Below, in pieces: positions 1 to 9,600 of a stretch of DNA of 63,080 bases. The stretch is from positions 1-63,080 of IMG/VR virus record IMGVR_UViG_3300022562_000858; one strand, given 5' to 3'. Numbering within the stretch: the first letter of the stretch is position 1; each line of letters opens with the position of its first letter. The translations under genes and the position numbers were made by a program. The notes under the pieces were generated by a model. That model was not told where the DNA came from. It did not search any database and worked only from the letters and a program-made list of their open reading frames with translations. The DNA is from a virus (Duplodnaviria > Caudoviricetes).

Positions 1-144
1 GGCCCGACGCCATGCCGCCGCCACGGCAGGTGAACGGGTTATGTACGAGTGGGCTGAACATCACTTGTAGTACGCGAGGGTGACTTCGACGCCAGCGGGC
101 GCGATGATGCTGATCGTCGTTTCGCTGATCCCGCTCAGGCGCCA
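1..144. repeat. Terminal direct repeat (circular assembly overlap), copy 1
   Basis: Identical to 62937-63080; the TGATG gene junction at 59-63 recurs at 62995-62999. Confidence 0.97.
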
Positions 145-396
145 CACAGACGGATTGGCCATCGAGGCCGTGCCGTCAGTGACGTCGGCGCTCGCGATTG
201 CCGCGGTCTGGATGGTGCTGGCGTAGAAGTCGCCCGTGCCCGCTTTGGAGAACACGACGTAGTTGGCGCCGGTCGGGATGGTGAAGGTCGCGGCCGCCCC
301 GTCGCCGTGGTAGACATCGACGTGCTTTGGCGGCTGGATCGAGAAGTTTTCCGCCGCGTTCGTGACGTCGGCCTGAACCAAGGATGCTGTTGCCAT
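61..396 (-). CDS. Small virion-associated protein (111 aa)
   Basis: GAGG upstream of ATG; beta-rich Ala/Thr/Ser composition; stop overlaps the start of the fibre gene across the circular junction. Confidence 0.75.
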   Translation of the reverse strand: MATASLVQADVTNAAENFSIQPPKHVDVYHGDGAAATFTIPTGANYVVFSKAGTGDFYASTIQTAAIASADVTDGTASMANPSVWRLSGISETTISIIAPAGVEVTLAYYK

Positions 397-420
397 GCGC
401 GTAACCTCTTGATCACATAG

Positions 421-442
421 AAAAGGCCCCTTGCGGGGCCTC
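421..442 (-). terminator. Intrinsic terminator downstream of the giant gene
   Basis: Minus strand AGGCCCC-GCAA-GGGGCC-TTTT. Confidence 0.75.
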
Positions 443-448
443 GTTGGG

Positions 449-477
449 TTGCTCGGTGCGCGATACCGTGGTATTCA
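449..477 (+). promoter_or_regulatory. Putative sigma70 promoter for the antisense small ORF
   Basis: TTGCTC (449-454), 17 bp, TATTCA (472-477) with extended -10 TG. Confidence 0.4.
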
Positions 478-483
478 CTCACC

Positions 484-612
484 ATGAAAATGCACTGGTC
501 CTGGTGGGTCTACATCGCCATCTTGATCCTGACGCTGCTAGTCAGCTACCCACCCCACCGCACTCCGTCAGTCGATGACTCCAGCGACCATGCCGGGCGC
601 TGGTCTCACTGA
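484..612 (+). CDS. Small single-TM membrane peptide (42 aa), moron-like
   Basis: Translated by hand: MKMHWSWWVYIAILILTLLVSYPPHRTPSVDDSSDHAGRWSH; fills the intergenic gap behind a promoter-like element. Confidence 0.55.
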   Translation: MKMHWSWWVYIAILILTLLVSYPPHRTPSVDDSSDHAGRWSH

Positions 613-3600
613 CCGTACTCCACCACCCGCTCGGCAATCTCGTTCTTCCGGCGCGTGAGCTCGTCCAGCCGGGTGCGCTTCGCCGCGGCATCCATCGAAT
701 CGTTGGCGTGTAGGATCGTGATTTGGTTGTTGATCTGCCGCAGTTGCCGCTGCGCCCGCGTGTAGCGCGCCTTGTTCTTGAGCAGATCCTTGTGCTTCTC
801 CCGCAGTGACTTCGCCCGCTCGGTGTCGTGCACCTTCCTCGCCGCGCGGATGTCAGCGTATGCCTGCTCAATCTCCTGGAGCTGCTCGTAGAAGGTGGTG
901 ACGTACTTGCTGTGCCGGTTCGGATTCTCCCGCACGAACCGCCCGATCACCGGGTAGTCCTGAATCTGCTTGGCGGGCCGCACCGGCGCCCCGGTCGCGG
1001 GGCGGGCCATCAGGTCCACGCCGGCCAGCGCACTGGCGCCCAGCCACCCGAAGTACCCTTCAACCAGGTAGTCGATCTGCACCGGAGAGAGCACCACCTT
1101 GCCCCACGAAATACGGTCCATCGCCAGGCTGGCCGCAATGCCGGTCTGCGTGGTCCACACCCGGCGCCGCTCGGTGGGCGAGAGCCGTTCCATGCTCATG
1201 CTCTCAATCGGCCGCTTGGTGAACGGGTCCTTGTTGGCGTAGATGTCCAGAATCGGCTGGAACATCTGCGGCACCGCGCTGAACGCGAATGTCTGGTGCA
1301 GCATGAAGCCCAGGCGCTCGGCAAACAGATCGCCGTGCGCTTCGTCGTCGACGATCTGCTCCACCACGCGCTCGGCCAGCGTACCCAGCGCGCCGACCTC
1401 GAATGGCTTGGGCAGGCGGAACTGGTAGTCGGAGCCCGGCAGCTTGAACCACCAGTAGTTGTCCCGGTCCCAATCCTCGCGCTGCTTGAAGTCGTCGTCG
1501 TCGCGGAACAGCAGGTACAGCAGCGCGCTGACCATCATCACCGCGCCGGTCACAGCCACGAACTGCTTGCGCTGCTGGTGATCACGGACTGCCCGCCCCA
1601 TCTTGTGAAGGCCCTGCAGCCGGGCATTGAGGAACGGCACCGCCTGCACCAGAAAGCGGATCGCCGGCCACGCGCCGTGCACGCTGAAATCCATCAGGTC
1701 CCGGGCCGCAAAGTTGGCCTCGAGCAGCGAGCCGCCACGGTCGAGGACCTGCTGGAACAGCGCCGCGCGGTTGACGTTCTCCACCCGGCTACCGAGCTCG
1801 GCCCACGAGTCCCACATCGTCTTGACTGCCCCGCGGAAGGTCTTGAACGCCTCGGGGTTGTTCAGGACGGTGTGCTCCTGGATGCCCTTCTGGATGCGCA
1901 GCTTCGCCGCTTCCGGGTCTGCGGCGTACAGGTGGCCGAAGTGCATCTCACCGCCGCCGGCCAACATCCGGGCCCGGATCAAGCCCTTGGGGCTGGTGCC
2001 CTTGGCGCCAGTTAGCACGTTTCCGATCAGGTTGTAGCTCAGCGGCGTGACCGCCGCGGCGTGGATCGTGTCACGGAGCAGGTTGGCGATACGGAATTCG
2101 GGGCTCGCCGTCACGCCGATAGTGAATCCGCGCTTGAACTTGCGCATCATCTGCATCGCCGGGTTGTTGAACCCTTCCCAATTGAGCGCCGTCAGGGCCT
2201 CCAGCACCAGCTCGTCGTCGACGTCGAAATACTGCTTCTGCCCAGCGACGCGGATGAACACCGATCCCTTGCCCGCCTGGTGCGCCCTGATCGGCGTAGC
2301 GATGCCCGCGCGGTTGGCCTGCGTCAGCGCCTCGGTGGCCGCCTGGTTGCGCAGGCTCGCGCTCAGCAGGTGCGACCAGTTCATCAGCACGTTCGAGAGC
2401 AGATCGTTCAGCGGGATGTCAGCGCCCTTGAGCCGTTTGTACGCCGTCTGGTTGACGAGGCTACGCAAGCTGCTCGGGCCGCGCACCTTCTGCCCTTCCT
2501 CCTGCAGCAGCCGGTAGAACGGCACGTAGAAGTCCTCATCCCAGCGCGCGCGCTCCTGCGGGTCGATGGTGCCGGTCTGCTCCGCGATGTCGAGCACGGA
2601 CTTCTGGAAGGCGTTGAGCTCGGCCAGCGCCGTGCGATAGACCTCCGCGCGGTTACGTCCATCGGCCATGGTGCCGCGGTTCAGGGTCTTGAGCGCCGCA
2701 ACCTCCTGGTCCGTGAACAGCCGCTCGCGCACGCTGGCGATGTCCTCCAGCGCCTTGGCCTCGTTGCGCAGCCGCGTCGCCTGCTTGCGCAGCGCCTTCT
2801 TCTGCTGCACCTGCTGCCGGGTCGCACCCACTTCGAGCCGCCGCGCCTGCGCTTCGAGCTGCTTCGCCTGGTTGATCCGGTCCTTGGCCATGCGCGTGGC
2901 CGTGGCGCTGCGCCGGTTCAGGCGGTCCGAGCGGTTGCCGGCAATCCACATCAGGAAGTGGTCGAGTTCCTCGCCCAGCGGGCGCAAGGCCTGCGCGAGC
3001 CCCTGGCCGTTGGTGTCGACGTCGATCGCGCCGGACCGATCCAGTTTCAGCTTGCCGTGCGTGAACGCCGCCTCCACCGCACCGGATACGCTGTGCGTCT
3101 GCCGCGCCAGCATCCAGGCCTTTTCCGAGAGGTTCTTGAGGCTTGCGTACTGGTCGAAGATGCCCTGCGACACCTTGAGCCCGAAGTCCTGCTTCATTTC
3201 CATGATGCGCTGGCGGATGGGCTTGCGCGGCGCCTGCGGAGCGTGCTTCTCCATGGCCGCCTGCTGCTCGGGCGTCAGTTGCCGTGACGGTGCGGTGCGC
3301 CGGGTCGCGCGGGCGATCACAGACTTGGCGCGATCGCTGCTCACGCTGAGCTGCTCGCCTTCGACCGAGACGTAATCCTCGCGCCGGAACCACGAGCGGG
3401 CCAGCGCCGAAAGGTCCGCCGGCGTGATGTCCTTCGGTCGGTACAGGCCCGCGCGCACCAGCGCCATACGGATGGCCGCGACCAGATCCTTGATGAGCTT
3501 GGAAATCGCCTCCGGGATGCTCGTGGTTGGCTTCTCCCACACCTGCAGCGCGTAGGCGGCAAATTCCTCGAGGTCCAGTTCCTTCGGCGTGTTCTTAGGC

Positions 3601-6600
3601 ACCAGCGCGTTGGCCACGCGGTAGAAGTCCGCAGCCTCGCTGTCCTCGCCGGCCAGCGCGCGCCGGCGCATCTCTGCCAGCTTCGCGGTGAACCGGTCCA
3701 TGTGCGCCTTGAGCCTCGGGTCCTTGGACATGGCGACGTGGAAAATCTCGTGCAGGATCACGCCGTACAGGCCGGCCCGGTCCATGACGTCGATATTGTC
3801 AGCGACCAGGTAGATGGCGCCGGTGCTCTTCTCGGCCAATCCGATGGTGCCGCTGAATCCAACCCCCCACTTGTTCGGCAGATCATCGGTCGATTGCACG
3901 ACGGTGAACCGATCCGCACGCTTGCCAAACATATCGCGCAGCGTCTCGCGCACAGCGTCGGCCGTCGCAAGAGACGTGGCGGGCTCGCGCTGCGACCGCG
4001 CGACGTCGGGCTCGCCTGGCTTCTTGTCCTCGTCCTTCTTGGTCAGCTCGGCCGTGACCTCCGCGAGCCGCTTCTTGGCCTTCTCCAGTTCCTCCTTATC
4101 CTTGAACGGCTTTTTGATTTCCTCTTTGGCGGTCGCGAGCTCGGCCTTCTCACGGGACGCGCGGTCGTCAATCTCTTCCAGTGCGTTGTCCCACTCCTTC
4201 ATGTAGCGGTCGAGGATCTTGAACGCTTCGACGTCGGCCATTTCCTTGAGGCCGTTGGTGTCCGTCCACATCACGTTCTTGTGGCCTTCCGCGGTGGCAA
4301 TATCGACGGTGATACCGTCATAGCCCTGCGACGTTTGCCCGCGGTATCCGGCCAGGACATCGAACCCACGGTAGCTGCCGATGGTCTCCCGCGTGCCGCG
4401 CTGCAGGCCCTTCGATGACAGGAACTTCGCTACCGCGGCCTTGAGCGCCTTGCCGGCCTTGGTGTGCGTGTCCAGCGTCTTGCCGTTGATCGTGGCCGTG
4501 AATACGCGCTCGCCCTTGTCATTCTTCGGCGTGTTCTGGTCGCGCGTGGCGATGTTGGCCTGGACGATCTTCTTCTTCTCTGCGGCGCGTGACGCCGGCC
4601 CGCCGTCCGCTTCCAGGCGGCTGATCGTCTGCTGCAGGCGATGCTGCGACCGGGTGTGCTGCTTCTTCCTGATTTCGAGCTGGCGTACCTTGTGGTCCAG
4701 ATCGACCTGCTCAAGTATCAGCGGGTTGCCGGTGGCCGCGGCCTTCATCTCCGCGGCGTTGGCCGCCTCGCCGCCGATGTCCTCCACCACGCGCACGCCG
4801 GCCTGCGCCTTGCGGAGCTGGCCGATGAACTTGGCCTTGCGCTCGATGGTCTGCCACATGCGCGAGTCGTAGGTGCGCTCGGTGGCGTAGCGGACAATCT
4901 CAATCTCGAACCCGTCCGGGTCGCGCTCGTAGAACTCGTTGCCCTGGCGGACAATGCGGCCCTCGCGCTGCTCCAGATCAGAGGGGCGCCACGGGGCGTC
5001 AAGGTGATGCAGGGCGATCAGCTTGTCCTGCACGTTCATGCCCGCGCCCATCTTCGACGTGGAGCCCAGCAGAATGCGCACGTTGCCGGCGCGCACCTGC
5101 TCCATCAGGTCCTCTTTCTGCTTCTCGGTCTTGGCGTCGTGGATGAAGGCAATCTCGCCCTCGTGCACGCCCTTGGCGATCAGCTTGTCCTTGAGGTCGT
5201 TGTAGACGTCGAACACCGACGACAGCGCCAGTATGTCGTCCGGGCTCACCTTCTCGAGCTCGGCCTGCGCCGTTTCGTCGCCATCGCGTGCACGCGCTAC
5301 GAGGTCCTGGATGCGCCGCTGCTCGGCTGAGCGCGCGGACTTGGGCGTGCTCAGGTCGATGAACACGAGCTGCGTGCCGCGATCCTTCTTCCAGCGCGTG
5401 TAGAGGTCGAAGATGCGATTGGCCGCGGTGCTCGTCTTGCTGTCGGGGTTGTCCTCTATGCCCGGGTCGATCAACCGCATATCGAGCGCGGCCTTGCGCG
5501 CGTCGTTGGTGATCTTGAGCATGTTGTCCTTTTGGGGATCGCGCGGGTCCAGATTCTCGGCCCGGTGCACAATCTCCATCATGTACGCGGACTGCTCGGT
5601 GCTGATCGGCACGATCAGGTTCTCGGGCTTGCCGCCCTTCACCTTCGGCACCGGCCAGCGCTTTCCGCGGGCCGCTGCCTGGCGCTCCAGGTCCTCCATG
5701 GTGATGACGTCGGCAAACTGGCCGTACATCGTCATCAGCTCGGGGACGTTGGTGAACTCCGACAGCCGCGTCTTGAGGCTCAATCCCTGACCAGTGGATG
5801 AAATCTCGAATGCCGTCGTGAAGTTGGCGAAGGTATCCGCCCATGCGTCGAAGTGCGTGATGCCCTGCTGCTGCAGCGTCGCGTAGTCCAGATAACGCTG
5901 CATCGTGAACATTTCGGAGATACTGTTGCTAATCGGCGTACCGGTCAGGAAGTACGCACCGCGACCGCTGTTCTTCTTCTGCAGCGTGCGCACCTTCACG
6001 AACAGATCGGTAGCGCGTTCGGACTCGGTGACGCTGATCCCCTGGCGTGCGCGCTTGGTCGCAAAAAACAGGTTCTTGAACAGATGTGCCTCGTCGACGA
6101 TCAGCGAGTCGACGCCCATCTCGCCCATATCCACGACATCATCCTTGCTGCCGCGGTCCTCCATCGCCTTCTTGATCTTGTTCTCCAGCGTCTCCTTCAT
6201 CTTTTCGAGCTGCTTGACCGTGCGCTTGCTCTCGCCGGCTTCTTCCATTTCCTCGATGGCCGCCACCAGGTCCTTGATCTGTTCCTCGAGAAAGGCCTGA
6301 TATTCGTCCAGCGGGGTCGGGATGAACTTGAACGACGAATGCGCAACGATGATGGCGTCGTAGTCGCCGGTGGCGATGCGCGAGAAGAACTTGCGCCGGT
6401 TCTGCTTCTGGAAGTCATTTTTGGTGGCGGCCAGCACGTTGGCACCAGGGTAGAGGCGCTGAAAGTCCGCGGCCCACTGCTCCACCAGATGATTCGGGAC
6501 CACATACATGGGCTTGTTGGCGAGCCCAAGCCGGCGCATTTCCATGCCCACAGCGATCGCGGCGAAGGTCTTGCCGGCGCCGACGACGTGATCCATGAGC

Positions 6601-9600
6601 AGCCGCCCCTCCTGGATCGCGCGCCAGATCACATCCTTCTGGTGCTGGCGCAACGTGATCGTCGCATTCATCCCCGGCAGGGTCAGGTGCGAACCGTCGT
6701 AGCGCCGCTGAATCGAGTGGTTGAAGGTGTCGTTATAGAGACGGGCCAGGCGATCGCGACGGTCCTCGTCCTTCCACACCCATTCCAAGAACTCTTGCCG
6801 GATGGCGTCAGCCTTCGCGTTGAGCTCGGCAGTGGCCTCCTGATCGACAATCGTGGAACCATTGCTGTCCCGATAGGTGACGCGCACCGGGCGGTTGTTC
6901 ACCACGTTGTCGATGATCCGGCTCGCCCCCATCTGCTCGATGCCCCACATTTCGTGGTTGCGAGTACGATCGGGACGTCCCTTGAGCTTGACGATCCATG
7001 TGCCGGTCAGCGTCGAATACTGCGCGTGCGACGGAATTTGGAGCAGGTGCGTGATGAAGTCCTGCATGTCCTCGGCAGGAATCCACGGCGCACCGAGGCG
7101 CACGGAAATGTCGACCGGCTCTACATCATCGGGCTGTACCTTCTCCAGCGCCTCGATGTTGGCCGCGAACCTCGGATCAGTCTGTTCCTTCGCCTGCGCG
7201 AGCTTGGCCTTGACGTTGCCGGACAGGTATTCGTCAGCCGTCACCCATCCCGCTACGGGGTCCAGATAGATGCGCCCGGCCAGGTCCTTGATGATGCGCT
7301 CGGGGTCTTGCCCTGAGAGCTGCGCCATGTAGTCGACGTCGACCTTGCCACGCTGGTTCAGCGAGACCTTGAGCGCAGAATCCGCGTCGTCGACGCGCGT
7401 GATCTCCCGGTAGGGGAGATTGACGCGCTTGGTGAAGATGTCGGCCTTGTCTGCGCGGGCCTTGCGCGGCTTGGTCCCTAGCTGCTTGGCACGCTTTGGC
7501 GAGACGGCGCGCTCGTAGCCGCGCTCCAGCGACAGCAGCAGCGGGTACTCGGGATCGCCCTCGAATACCAGCTTTGTGCCCTGGCTGTGCAGCAGCCCGA
7601 ACTTCTTGACGTGCGCATCGTAGAGCCGGTTGAGCTTCTTGCGCTTCGCCTCGATGTCCTTGGCGTCGCTGCGCTCGGCGGCGATCAGCTCCTTCACCGC
7701 GTTCGCCAACCCGATCAGATCGCGGACGCGCTTCTTCTCGGATTCGGAGAAGGGCCGCTGATTTCCCTTGCTGTCCTCGTACACCGCCGGGCGGGCCTGG
7801 CGCTTGTCCAGCTCGTCTGGCGTGCGCTCCATGATTTCGCCGTCCGCGCCGACGAACAGGCCCCACACCTTCGTGGTCTCTGGAATCTCTCCAGGGGCCG
7901 CCGGCTGCGGCGCCGGTTCCTCGGCAATGCGGTCGACCGGATCCATAGCGTTGGCGGGCAGCTTTGCAACCGCGGCCTCGAGCTCGGCGGCGAGGTCCTG
8001 GTCCTTCGGGGCGATCAGCGCGGCAGAGTCCTTGGCATACATCGAACCCTCGCGGCGCATTTCACCCAGCATCATGTCGGGGTGGTTGACGAAATACTCG
8101 TTGAGCGTGATCGCTTCGCCGCCGGCGGGGTCCTCCACCGTGCCTACATGGGTCCAAGCGGTTTCGATGACCGGCACGCCCTCCCCACGCTTCTGGAGGA
8201 AGATGATGTCGGTCGTGACTTCGGTGCCCGCGTTCTCTTTGAATGCCGTGTTCGGCAGCCGGATCGCGCCAAGGAAATTCACCTTGTCGCCCATGTACTC
8301 GCGCGCGCCGGCCTTGGTCGAATCGAGCATGTAGTTCGACACCACCATCGCGATCAGGCCGCCGGGGCGCGTAGCCTCAATGGACTTGGCGAAAAAGAAG
8401 TTGTGGATAGAAAACTTCGATATGTCCTTGTGGTTCGGATCGAACAGGCGTTGACTGCCGAACGGCGGATTGCCAATCACCAGGTCGAACGATCCCGACG
8501 GCACGGCCACATCCTGAAAGCCGTTGTTGATGATGTCGGCCTTCGGGTAGAGCAGTTGCGCGATCTTGGACGTGAGCGGGTCGAGCTCGATGCCGGTCCA
8601 CCGCGCCTTTGAGCGCAGCGCGCTGGGAGTCAGCCCAAGGAAGTTGCCCGTGCCCACGGACGGCTCCAGCACCTTGCCGCCAGTAAAGCCGAAGCGCGCC
8701 AGCGCGTTGTAGATCGCGCCCACGACGGTGGGGGATGTGTAGTGGGCGTCCTGCGTGGAGCGCCGGGCCGCGGCGTATTCCTCGTCGCTCAGGACCTCAC
8801 GCAGTTCCTCGGCCTGCTTCTCCCAGCCCTTCGCAACCGAGCCGTCCGGGCGCGGGAAGGCCTGGGGCATACCGCCCCAGCCGACGTACTTGGCGAGGAT
8901 CTTCTGCTGTTCGAGAGTGGCGGGCTGGCCGGATTCGACCAGTTCCTTGGCAAGACGGATGGCAGCGACGTTCTGTGCGAACTTGGTCTTGACGCCGCCG
9001 CGGCCGAGCTCGTCGGCCTCGGTGATGCGGTAGTTCCCTACGCCTCGGGTGGCTGGCTCTCCGGCGGCGGGAACAGATACCTCTCCCTCACCGCTTCCCA
9101 CGCCTCGTCGTACGTCAGCCCCGCTATCTCCTGGAGCTGACTCATATCCCGGCGCGTGTTCGTCACCGCCTTCGCGACCTCCGCGTTCAGCCGGCCCTCG
9201 GCCTGCAGGCGTGCGTACCGGCTCGGCTGAAACTCCTTCCAGTGCCGTCTCGCCTGCTCGTTCCACGCTGACATCGGGGGCCTCCTGGGGCGGCGTCGTC
9301 TCGCCCTCGGTTTCGAGTTTACCACTCTCCGGTGCGGCGGGAGCCGGTTCCGGCGTTTTCTGTGAGGGTTTCGCGGGGGCAGGTTCGGCGGGCTCTGCCT
9401 GTGCCTTGCGCTCGTCCCTTTCCGTGGCCGTCAGGAACCGCGCATCGCGGCCCTCTTTGTTGATGATGATGCCGCGGCCAGGCACGATGCCTACAGACTC
9501 CGTGATGCGAATCCCCCCATCTGTGATCGAGCGCACGCCGTTGTGGTCCTCATACAGCGGCTCTCCGGCAGAGTTGGCGCCTATGCGCTTCCAGCCTTTC

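Noticed and set aside
1-144. Biological terminal repeat of the virion DNA
   Set aside because: Falls within coding sequence far from terS and has the size of an assembler overlap
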